NCBI GenBank assembly: GCA_964365185.1
Contig: CAYIOP010000001.1
Span: 34,675 to 98,674, forward strand
Source of the DNA: an uncultured Candidatus Saccharibacteria bacterium
GTDB taxonomy: Bacteria > Patescibacteriota > Minisyncoccia > UBA6257 > 2-01-FULL-56-20
DNA length: 64,000 bases
Direction: 5' to 3'
The notes below the pieces were generated by a model. That model made no database searches, was not told the DNA's origin, and saw nothing but the letters and a program-made list of their open reading frames with translations. Of the stretch, positions 37,648 to 45,823 are shown one piece after another. Positions within the stretch are counted from its first letter, which is position 1. Each line of letters begins with the position of its first letter. A program made the position numbers and the translations under genes.

Positions 37648-37762
37648 CGACCGCATATATCGCGGTCTAAAAAGGTCGGGGCTTGTGGCACTGGGGAGTC
37701 CTAAATTGACAGAAAAAATGGCCTAGCATTATTGCAGGGCCATTTTCGAGGTTGATGAGATT

Positions 37763-38161
37763 TTACTTGTCTGTGCCGAAGATTCTGGCGTAATTTCCGT
37801 CTATTCCCCAGGGCAATTCTTTTTCTTCTTGTTCCCGAAAAGATCCGTAGAATGGGTAGGTGAAAACTTGGCCATTCGGACGGATTCGACAATTTCTCCA
37901 TCCGTATTTTTCGCGAAATTGAAGCTCGATTGTGCGGTCCACGTTGACTTCGAAATCGAGCGTCCCTATCGGTACATTTACCGTGTCATAAGGACTGATT
38001 CCCATAGGTGTATTGTCTAGGTAGTAGTCGATGGCGTAGCAAAGAGCAGCTGTTTGTTGGCGTTGGAATCGAAGTTCCTTTTTGAAGTGAAAAGCCGCAA
38101 TTGCAGTAACAATAAATGCACCGATTATCACAGCTCCCAGAAAAACAAATAATGAACGCAT
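37763..38161 (-). CDS. Orphan membrane-anchored protein
   Basis: Start MRSLFVF after GGAGG; N-terminal TM; terminator hairpin at about 37713-37746. Confidence 0.75.
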   Translation of the reverse strand: MRSLFVFLGAVIIGAFIVTAIAAFHFKKELRFQRQQTAALCYAIDYYLDNTPMGISPYDTVNVPIGTLDFEVNVDRTIELQFREKYGWRNCRIRPNGQVFTYPFYGSFREQEEKELPWGIDGNYARIFGTDK

Positions 38162-38222
38162 AAAACCTCCAATTATTAAGTTACATTTGAACAGATTTAA
38201 TTTTAGCATTATAATAATTATT

Positions 38223-39020
38223 ATGTCAAGGATTGGAGCTAGCGATTTGAATTTAAAGAATGGCGAGCGGGCGTTGGTGGTGGTGGCGCATCCGGATGAT
38301 GAGACAATTTGGATGGGTGGGACGATTTTAAAATTTCCGAGGGCGAAGTGGACGATTTTTTCGCTTTGTCGTGGTGATGATAGAGATCGGGCGCCAAAAT
38401 TTAAGCGAGTTTGCCGATTTTTAAGCGCGAAGGGAGTGATTTCGGATTTGGAGGACGAGGAGGTTTTGAGCTTGAAAGAGAGTTTGCCTGAAATACGCTT
38501 ACGTTTGAGAAATTTCTTATTTGCCTCTCAGAACCGCGGTTCAATCCGTTCCAGCGGCGGCTTGTCCACTACCTCTCGACGCGATGAGTCCCGGCTCGGC
38601 GGGACACCAAGCTCATCGCGTCTCCGAGAGTTTCTTCGAGACAAACAAAAAATTTCTCCCCCCCCGATTACATCCCTTCACAAATTCAATGAGAGAGGAG
38701 GAGGGATGGAGTTTGATTATGTTTTTACGCACGGGTATAATGGAGAGTACGGACATCCGCGACACAAAGGTGTGCATCGCGCGGTTGCGGAGATGATTCG
38801 GGCGGGGGAGATCCGGACGAAACATTTTTTTAATTTCAGTTATGAGTTTCTTGAGCGAAAGAATGTTTGTCGGCCTAAAAAGGCGGAATTTTTTTTAGAG
38901 TTATCCCCGACTGTTTTTAAAAAAAAGCAGAAAATTATCAATGAATTCTATGGATTTAGAAAATCGACTTTTGAGTATCGGACTTTATCAAATGTGGAGT
39001 CGTTTAAGTTAATAAAATAG
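38223..39020 (+). CDS. PIG-L/LmbE family deacetylase carrying an in-frame palindromic insertion
   Basis: VVAHPDDETIWMGG and VFTHGYNGEYGHPRH motifs; start MSRIG. Confidence 0.88.
   Translation: MSRIGASDLNLKNGERALVVVAHPDDETIWMGGTILKFPRAKWTIFSLCRGDDRDRAPKFKRVCRFLSAKGVISDLEDEEVLSLKESLPEIRLRLRNFLFASQNRGSIRSSGGLSTTSRRDESRLGGTPSSSRLREFLRDKQKISPPPITSLHKFNERGGGMEFDYVFTHGYNGEYGHPRHKGVHRAVAEMIRAGEIRTKHFFNFSYEFLERKNVCRPKKAEFFLELSPTVFKKKQKIINEFYGFRKSTFEYRTLSNVESFKLIK
38507..38658. mobile_element. 152-bp fold-back element inside the deacetylase reading frame
   Basis: 27-bp terminal inverted repeat (22/27 match), internal stems ACGCGATGAG/CTCATCGCGT, TCCAGCG loop as at 17355. Confidence 0.65.
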
Positions 39021-39490
39021 TGGCTATGCGACTTACGACGCTTTGTTTTTTACTTAAAGATAATGAAATACTACTGGCGATGAAAAAAACTGGATTTGGA
39101 ACTGGTAAATGGAATGGAGTGGGCGGGAAAGTTGAGGTTGGCGAGACGATCTCACAGGCAGCCGCTCGAGAATTAAACGAGGAGATCGGGGTGAGAGTCA
39201 ACCCTGAAGGTTTGGAGAATGCGGGAAATATTAAGTTTTATTTTCCCGAGAATCCGGGTTTTGACCAACATATGCATATTTTTTTGGCGCGAGATTGGGA
39301 TGGCGAACCCGTTGAAACTGCGGAAATGAAACCGCAATGGTTTGGATTTGGCGACATTCCCTATTCTTCGATGTGGGTGGATGATGAGTATTGGTTGCCG
39401 AAAGTTTTACTTGGCAAGAAAATTGAGGCCAGTTTTTATTTTAAAGGCGGCGGGGAGAGTTTTGATAAACACGAAGTTAAAGAAATTTAA
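39020..39490 (+). CDS. NUDIX hydrolase (8-oxo-dGTPase/MTH1-like)
   Basis: GKWNGVGGKVEVGETISQAAARELNEEIG, EMKPQWF, MWVDD. Confidence 0.92.
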   Translation: MAMRLTTLCFLLKDNEILLAMKKTGFGTGKWNGVGGKVEVGETISQAAARELNEEIGVRVNPEGLENAGNIKFYFPENPGFDQHMHIFLARDWDGEPVETAEMKPQWFGFGDIPYSSMWVDDEYWLPKVLLGKKIEASFYFKGGGESFDKHEVKEI

Positions 39491-39492
39491 AA

Positions 39493-40641
39493 ATGAAATC
39501 CGTAATTCTATACGCATATCCGCCGGAGCCGGATGGACTTTCGCAACAGGGTGATATGCTCTATCGGGGACTCAAAGAAATTGGCGAGGAGATACTCCCC
39601 TGCCACCTCTCGAGCGAATTTCAGAAGGAGTGGATTTATAAATTTTTAAAGCCCGACGTGGCCATCGGTGTTGGATTTTGGGGACACACCCAGGATATTA
39701 TTTTGCATCCGCAGAAATTCGGTATTCAGCCAGTGCCGTGGCTACTCGCGGATGGCTGGGTGGCGAATTACCACAAAGAAATCGGCGAGTTGCCACTTGT
39801 ATTTACCACGAGTGATTGGGTGGCTCGAACTTTTGCTCGGGATGGGGTGGATACTAAAAATTTTCAAACGCTCTATATTGGGCTTGATACTGAACTTTTT
39901 AAACCCATTCCACGCAGTGACCCGAGAGTGAAATTGATTCGAGAGATGATTGGAGTACGTGAGGATGAAGTGATGATTATGACTGCTGGAGGCGATGTGA
40001 CTTCTAAAGGCGCGCAGGAGGTTTTTAGGGCCTTAAAAAGAGTGGATGCCGAGTTTAAAAATTGGAAGTATGTTTGTAAAATTTGGGGCGGAGCAAGCGC
40101 GGATGACCACTACGACGACGAGATGGCTTTGATTGAGGAGTTAGGCGAGGAGGCGAAAGAAAAAATAATTTACCTTGAAGGTTCAATGTCTCGTGAGTTT
40201 ATGCCTTTACTTTTAAACGCCTGCGATATTTACGCGGCGCCTTCGCGGCTGGAGGGATTTGGAATGATACAAGTAGAGGCAATGGCGTGTGGTAAGCCAG
40301 TGATTTCAATTGACGAGATGGGGCCAAAGGAGACGATATTGCATGGCGAGACGGGTTTCTTGGCTAAAGTGGCTTCAACTGTGGATTTAACCGAGGAGTG
40401 GGCCTATGTGGGCTGGGGATTTGAGGAGGATCATAAAATTCAGTTTGAAAAACCCAAGACGTTTGCTTATCGGGCTGACGCAGACCAGATTGCGGAGTAT
40501 TTGCTTAAATTACTTACAGATAAAGATTTGAGAGAAAAAATGGGTGCTCGGGCTCGTGAACACGCGGTAGAAAAATTTGAGTACCGAAAAATCGCCAAGC
40601 AGATGACGGATGTGATTAAGGAGAAGTTTAATTTGAACTAG
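39493..40641 (+). CDS. GT4 family glycosyltransferase
   Basis: PSRLEGFGMIQVEAMACGKPVI. Confidence 0.92.
   Translation: MKSVILYAYPPEPDGLSQQGDMLYRGLKEIGEEILPCHLSSEFQKEWIYKFLKPDVAIGVGFWGHTQDIILHPQKFGIQPVPWLLADGWVANYHKEIGELPLVFTTSDWVARTFARDGVDTKNFQTLYIGLDTELFKPIPRSDPRVKLIREMIGVREDEVMIMTAGGDVTSKGAQEVFRALKRVDAEFKNWKYVCKIWGGASADDHYDDEMALIEELGEEAKEKIIYLEGSMSREFMPLLLNACDIYAAPSRLEGFGMIQVEAMACGKPVISIDEMGPKETILHGETGFLAKVASTVDLTEEWAYVGWGFEEDHKIQFEKPKTFAYRADADQIAEYLLKLLTDKDLREKMGARAREHAVEKFEYRKIAKQMTDVIKEKFNLN
40591..40641 (+). repeat. 51-bp direct repeat, copy 1 (3' end of GT4 gene)
   Basis: 46/51 identical to 41681-41731; last 28 nt identical. Confidence 0.9.
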
Positions 40642-40662
40642 GATTCTAATTGGAAAATTTTT

Positions 40663-41673
40663 ATGGATAAAGGAATTTTTACTCAGCTTCCCGGAAAAAT
40701 AGTGGAATTAGATTCTCGATTTAAATATGTAATGGCGCTGGCTTTGAATTCTCGCTCGAATTATATGAATGGAATTATTCGATGTATTACTAAACGAGAT
40801 GGAGATTTGCAAATTAAGGGATACGCAGATCGAAGTGTTTTGTATCAAGTTAGGGGTGATTCTCTTAAAAATTTCTATATAGAAAACAAATTGAACATTA
40901 ATGGAGAAGAAGAATTAATTAATCAATTTAGTGGTGATGATTGGGATTTTATGGGTTTTGAAGACCCTGATATTTGGATTGATGATATGGATGATTTTAC
41001 GCATGTTTATTTTACAATTTCGCTCTGGAATAAAAAGCAGCGGCATACGTTCTGTCATTTGGGACATGCCGAAGGCGCAAATTTAGATTCATTAGAAATG
41101 ACAGAACCGGTGCTTATTGTTGATGAAAAAATTCGGAGGGCCAAGGAACCCTCGATTGCTCCGGTGAATAAAGGAGGGTTTCGATATAATTTAATCGAAT
41201 CTCGGTCAGATAAAGGACAATTTTCCTATTCTACAGTAAGGGTTGCAATTACTGAAAATATGGGCGAACCCTGGAAATTTGGTGAGACGGTATTGCATCC
41301 GGCCGAAAATAATATTCCGTGGATTGGCGGACACGCTTCACCTGGACCTCTACTGTCTCAAAATTTTATAGATGTTGGAGATGGAAAGTGTTTAGGTTTT
41401 TTAAATGGGCGAGAAGTTAATCAAAAAATTGGAGAAAATGTGCGGTATGGAACATTCTCTATTGGCCTTTTCATATATGACTACGAGAATGGAAAAATTG
41501 ATTGGGTCTCATCTAAACCTTTTATTCAGGATAGTGAGGCGAAAACTATAACTTTTGCCAGCCAATTTGTTCAAACTGGTGAGAATGACGGAATTTTATA
41601 CGCCCACGTTGATGATTCTTTTGTTCGGGCTTATGAAATTAGAGCAAATTTAATTAAACCTCTGTTGATTTAA
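40663..41673 (+). CDS. Beta-propeller glycosidase-like protein (GH130/GH43/32/68 clan)
   Basis: MGFEDPDI motif, ITFAS, LYAHVDDSFVRAY. Confidence 0.7.
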   Translation: MDKGIFTQLPGKIVELDSRFKYVMALALNSRSNYMNGIIRCITKRDGDLQIKGYADRSVLYQVRGDSLKNFYIENKLNINGEEELINQFSGDDWDFMGFEDPDIWIDDMDDFTHVYFTISLWNKKQRHTFCHLGHAEGANLDSLEMTEPVLIVDEKIRRAKEPSIAPVNKGGFRYNLIESRSDKGQFSYSTVRVAITENMGEPWKFGETVLHPAENNIPWIGGHASPGPLLSQNFIDVGDGKCLGFLNGREVNQKIGENVRYGTFSIGLFIYDYENGKIDWVSSKPFIQDSEAKTITFASQFVQTGENDGILYAHVDDSFVRAYEIRANLIKPLLI

Positions 41674-41680
41674 CTTGATT

Positions 41681-41731
41681 ATCGCCAAACAAATGGCGGA
41701 TAAGATTAAGGAGAAGTTTAATTTGAACTAG
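41681..41731 (+). pseudogene. Duplicated 3' end of the GT4 gene (IAKQMADKIKEKFNLN*)
   Basis: Direct repeat of 40591-40641. Confidence 0.85.
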
Positions 41732-41768
41732 TTTATTTGGTGCATTGGTAATAACTGGAAACGTTCAT

Positions 41769-41806
41769 TTTATACACTACTCTGCGATCGTAAAGTAGTG
41801 TATAAA
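41769..41806. repeat. Palindrome, left flank of PaaX/Cas2-like gene
   Basis: TTTATACACTACT-CTGCGATCGTAA-AGTAGTGTATAAA. Confidence 0.9.
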
Positions 41807-41828
41807 TAAAACATCAGTATTAAGTATT

Positions 41829-42419
41829 ATGTTAAAAACTAGAAGTTTGACGTCTAAAATTTTGGAAGTTGTAAGCGAGGGTGTAATCTCAACTTTTGAT
41901 GTTATCGGCGCGATTTTAGAGTCCGGTTACGGCGCTTCTTATGCGAAACTTGATGCTAGTGTTCGACGCTCTGAGGCGAGGCGTCATAATCGTGAATTGG
42001 AGCTTCGCAATAGACAGAGATTTAGTAATTTAATTTCTAAATTGAAACGGGACGGTTTAATTACTGGCGATAAGCGATCTTTAAAGATCACCGAGGCCGG
42101 ACGTAAGAAATTTTTAAAAATTCGGGAAATTGAGCGAAGTAGAGTTATTCACTCTCCTTTTGGATATCAAGCTAAAGTAAGTCGAAATCTTACAATCGTT
42201 ATTTTTGATATCCCGGAGAAGGAAAAGGTTAAAAGAAATTGGCTGCGAGCGGTTTTACTAAATCTCGGTTTTAAATTGCTTCAGAAGAGTGTTTGGATCG
42301 GTCGAGTTATTATTCCTCGGGAGTTTTTGAAAGATCTTCGAAATATGAGAATTTTGGAGTACATTCACATATTTTCTGTATCTCGATCGGGGACAATTGA
42401 AAATGATAAGGATGGATAG
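41829..42419 (+). CDS. PaaX-like protein (winged HTH plus Cas2-like domain)
   Basis: ISKLKRDGLI...KITEAGRK; IVIFDIPEKEKVKRNWLR...LGFKLLQKSVWI. Confidence 0.85.
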   Translation: MLKTRSLTSKILEVVSEGVISTFDVIGAILESGYGASYAKLDASVRRSEARRHNRELELRNRQRFSNLISKLKRDGLITGDKRSLKITEAGRKKFLKIREIERSRVIHSPFGYQAKVSRNLTIVIFDIPEKEKVKRNWLRAVLLNLGFKLLQKSVWIGRVIIPREFLKDLRNMRILEYIHIFSVSRSGTIENDKDG

Positions 42420-42427
42420 TTTCCCTT

Positions 42428-42471
42428 ATAAATATACACTACTATGCGATCGTAGATTGGTGTATATTTAT
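42428..42471. repeat. Palindrome, right flank of PaaX/Cas2-like gene
   Basis: ATAAATATACACTACTATGCGATCGTAGATTGGTGTATATTTAT; core 30/34 identical to the left copy. Confidence 0.9.
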
Positions 42472-42578
42472 GATGAAAATGGAAATTGATTTAGATTACT
42501 AATAGCTAAGCAGCAACTGGAATCCGCGGCGCCGTAATAGACCATAAGCCCTCCATTCTTTAGAACTGCTCCTTCGGG
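42468..42578 (-). pseudogene. Displaced 3' end of the GH130 gene 44849..45823
   Basis: Translates PEGAVLKNGGLMVYYGAADSSCCLAISNLNQFPFSS* versus PEGAVIKNGKLMVYYGAADSSCCLAIYNFNNFLK*. Confidence 0.85.
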
Positions 42579-42609
42579 GTTTGAGCATTTCTAGTATCGC
42601 ATCTCCATT

Positions 42610-43056
42610 TTATACTCTCCTATTTTTTAAATACTCAGGAAAAGTTTTTCGTTTATCTTTTTCGGTTTCGTCCGTTTTTTCTTCCAATATTGCCTTCAGA
42701 TATCCAAGTGGATCAGCTGGATCAATGTCACTCACATTAAATTCTTTTACAACCTTAAAATATTCTGGTTTGTACATTTCCGAAGGATGTTGTCTTCGGG
42801 GACCTTCATATATTTCTAGCATCGCATCTCCATTTTCAAAAAATACTAACATTGCAAAATTCTTAAGTTCTTTATCTTCCCCTATCTTAAGATACGCCGG
42901 ATCACGTCCTTGATGGAGGAATATCTCTTTGTTAGCGCTACCTCCCTCGCTATATTTATCTATACTTTTAAAATATTCATAAAGAGTTTCTGGCGTAAAT
43001 TTTTTGCTTTCTGATTCTTTAATTTGTTCCGATTCTTCTGGGTTTTCGTACTTCAT
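42610..43056 (-). CDS. Orphan charged hypothetical protein
   Basis: 148 aa, E/K-rich. Confidence 0.75.
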   Translation of the reverse strand: MKYENPEESEQIKESESKKFTPETLYEYFKSIDKYSEGGSANKEIFLHQGRDPAYLKIGEDKELKNFAMLVFFENGDAMLEIYEGPRRQHPSEMYKPEYFKVVKEFNVSDIDPADPLGYLKAILEEKTDETEKDKRKTFPEYLKNRRV

Positions 43057-43153
43057 GATTATAATTATTTCTGATTATTATTTTTTGTCAATTTTTGTCT
43101 GTTTAGTACTATTTGTAAAACGTACTAACGCGAGAAAATTTGTACGCCAAAAG

Positions 43154-43181
43154 TTGACAAACAGGGGAATTATGCTATAAT
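43154..43181 (+). promoter_or_regulatory. Sigma70 promoter
   Basis: TTGACA-16-TATAAT with extended TG. Confidence 0.75.
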
Positions 43182-43301
43182 CCCCTTGTTCTTGTCTCTC
43201 TTGTTATTTGATAAGTGAATAGCCGCTGTCTATGGGATAATCCATGGTCAGCGCAGTATTAACCATTTTTTTTGGCTATACGCCAAGAAAGGAAGTCCAC
43301 G

Positions 43302-44408
43302 ATGACGGTTTCGACCAACATCGCTAGTTCTGCAAATATCTACTTCGGAGGTGAGTTGGTTCCGACCAACTCAGCTGGAGATATGGTATTTGCGATTGCT
43401 GGGACGCTGAGTAACGAAGTTATCAGTCGTCTGTCCAGGAAACTTTCGCGGAAACCAATGAGTTTCCAAGAACTTATTTATTCTTGTGACTACGAACTAT
43501 TGAGGCACTTGGCGACGGATGTCTATCTGCTTGTGATCCAACCAGGTCATGAAAAGCAATTCACGAATGAGGTAAGGGCTTTGGAATTGTGGAGGCAGGG
43601 CGCCCAGCGAGTACTTCTTATCCGCGGAGGTGCGTTGATTCTGGCAGAAAAAATGTCTGAATACACCCGTCGTAAGATTACGTCAAATTTGCCATCAAAC
43701 CGCATCTTGAAATGCCTTTGTGCTTTCGACGGTGTATCTATTCCAGGTCTGACAGGATTTGATCTTACTTCCGCATTTTCTGCGATTGCACTTGCACTGG
43801 AGCAGGTTGTGGAGGAAAAGGTTAAGGTACTACTCAAACTGGCTATCGTTGACACACTGATCAACGGACGTCGCCTTGAAGACTGCGTACCGATTGCGCT
43901 TCCCGGCCAGACCGCCTATCTCATTGGTGGTCTGTCGACTACCTCGCCCGATTCTCAGTCGTTTATACTAGGAACCAACCTTACTCGCGATGCATTTGAG
44001 CGTCTCTTGGGATTAGTGAATCCGGCGTCGGAGTTTCGTGAGCTAATCGCTGGCATCAAGCCGATTCTTGACCACATCATTACTGACACGTATGCCTTAG
44101 TGCATAATCGTGGAGGTGAGACGAAAGTCAAGGCGGTGGTCCTATGTAGTCATGGTGACCGGAAACTCCTCCTCACTCGCGGAGGCAGTATGCCTATTGT
44201 GAGAGAGGAGAGTGGAGCATTCTTTGTCCTCGACAACTTTGTCGACGAGATGTCCGACCAATACCCAGGTTTCAAACTTGGCGAAGCTTTGTACTCTGTC
44301 CGACAGCAGATCGCCAACGTTATCAGGATAAGAGCTGAGGTGCTCGGCGTGCTTGCTAATGCGTCACAGATGATTTCAACCATTTGGGCCGGAGGTAAGC
44401 AGTCATGA
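43302..44408 (+). CDS. Orphan protein made of two tandem homologous domains
   Basis: Start MTVSTN after AAAGGA; internal duplication; atypical codon usage. Confidence 0.8.
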   Translation: MTVSTNIASSANIYFGGELVPTNSAGDMVFAIAGTLSNEVISRLSRKLSRKPMSFQELIYSCDYELLRHLATDVYLLVIQPGHEKQFTNEVRALELWRQGAQRVLLIRGGALILAEKMSEYTRRKITSNLPSNRILKCLCAFDGVSIPGLTGFDLTSAFSAIALALEQVVEEKVKVLLKLAIVDTLINGRRLEDCVPIALPGQTAYLIGGLSTTSPDSQSFILGTNLTRDAFERLLGLVNPASEFRELIAGIKPILDHIITDTYALVHNRGGETKVKAVVLCSHGDRKLLLTRGGSMPIVREESGAFFVLDNFVDEMSDQYPGFKLGEALYSVRQQIANVIRIRAEVLGVLANASQMISTIWAGGKQS

Positions 44409-44692
44409 TGATGGAATACAGAATTATGCTGATTGTTATCTTTATGATGGCATGCCTATGCTTTTTTGGGAGCATTCGACGTCTCGTAAGCACCGACAAA
44501 GAAAAGTACATTACTTTCGGAATCTTCTTCCTGTTTGTGGGGATAGCGTCAGCCATTGCAATTAGCCTCGAAGGGCAATACTATGCCGAAGGGCAATACT
44601 CTACTTTTTCAGGCGTCGACTATTCCATCCAATTCTTCGTGTTGGTTCTAGAGTCTGGATATCTCTTCCATGTCACCAAATGGGGAGAGTAA
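44405..44692 (+). CDS. Small orphan membrane protein
   Basis: GGAGG site, ATGA overlap with upstream gene, 2-3 TM segments. Confidence 0.7.
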   Translation: MMMEYRIMLIVIFMMACLCFFGSIRRLVSTDKEKYITFGIFFLFVGIASAIAISLEGQYYAEGQYSTFSGVDYSIQFFVLVLESGYLFHVTKWGE

Positions 44693-44817
44693 GCAGACCC
44701 GTCTTTCTGAATGACGGATTGATACGTCCTTCATCTGGGATGCTGACTCTTTCCGCCAGCAGTATGAAGCGCTCCTGACGAGACCACAAAAATAGCAATT
44801 TTTCAGAAACCTATAAC

Positions 44818-44850
44818 CGGCTCCGAGACAATGTCTTGGAGCCGCTTTTT
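44818..44850 (+). terminator. Intrinsic terminator
   Basis: CGGCTCCGAGACA-A-TGTCTTGGAGCCG followed by a T-run. Confidence 0.8.
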
Positions 44851-45823
44851 ACTTTAGAAAATTATTGAAGTTGTAGATAGCTAGACAGCAGCTGGAGTCC
44901 GCGGCGCCGTAATAGACCATTAGCTTTCCATTTTTTATCACCGCGCCTTCTGGAAAAGTGACATTATTTACAATCCCCTTTCTTTCATAAAGTTTTTGAG
45001 GTTCTAGGATTGGTCTTTCAGATTGCCACAAAACTTCTCGTGGATTTTTTAAGTCCAAAAGCGCGGCGTGGATGGGCCACACTTTTTTTCCTATAGCAGG
45101 ACCACAATAAATTAAAAGCCAGCCCTTGCTAGTTTTGATTGGTGGTGCGCCTAGCTCTGGACCGCGCAGAGCGCCGCGGGGAGGCAGGAGCACGGCGTGT
45201 TTATCAAAGTTGGTGAAAATTTTACCCCAATAATTCTTGGGAGGATGGAACAGTTCTTTTGTGTCCTTAAATTCAGTGTAGAGAATAGAGGAGTCCACTT
45301 TGTCGGGATGCCAGGTGAATAACATTCCGATTTTTCCGTTAATTTTCGCTGGGAAAATTGCCGCAGCTTTGGCTCGGACTTGGTCTGGTTTTGGCCCAAT
45401 AAAGCCATGCTTCTGAATTTTCTTAAAATCTTTGGTTGTGGCTAGAGCGATTCCGGGTACTTCCTTTTTGGAATATGCCGGTTTTGACATGGCTGTGTAG
45501 AAAATGTAATAGGTGTCACCGAGTTTGGTTATTCGAGGGTCTTCGCAGCCGAATTGATTCCAGGGGTGATCTGGTTTTATAAGGGGTTTTGCCGAGCGGG
45601 AAAAATTTATGCCATCCTTACTAGTGGCGTAGCCGATGGAAGAAATGTAATTAGTATAACCACCGGCAGGTCTTGGCTTGAATCCGGCTCGAACCGCGCG
45701 ATAGACCATATGGAAAATTCCATTTTCATAGACCACGGATGGATTAAAAACCGAACCGGCTTCCCAAAAGTTTTTGGGGTTGGGTTTTAAAATTGGATTT
45801 CTTGGGTAGCGGATAAGTTTCAT
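44849..45823 (-). CDS. GH130-like glycosidase/phosphorylase
   Basis: VFNPSV, GCEDPRI, GAPPIKT, NNVTFPEG, YYGAAD. Confidence 0.92.
   Translation of the reverse strand: MKLIRYPRNPILKPNPKNFWEAGSVFNPSVVYENGIFHMVYRAVRAGFKPRPAGGYTNYISSIGYATSKDGINFSRSAKPLIKPDHPWNQFGCEDPRITKLGDTYYIFYTAMSKPAYSKKEVPGIALATTKDFKKIQKHGFIGPKPDQVRAKAAAIFPAKINGKIGMLFTWHPDKVDSSILYTEFKDTKELFHPPKNYWGKIFTNFDKHAVLLPPRGALRGPELGAPPIKTSKGWLLIYCGPAIGKKVWPIHAALLDLKNPREVLWQSERPILEPQKLYERKGIVNNVTFPEGAVIKNGKLMVYYGAADSSCCLAIYNFNNFLK

Noticed and set aside
41769-42471. CRISPR-Cas locus (Cas2-like domain plus ~34-bp palindromic repeats)
   Set aside because: Only two repeats, separated by a whole gene; no spacers and no cas1 or effector genes in the window
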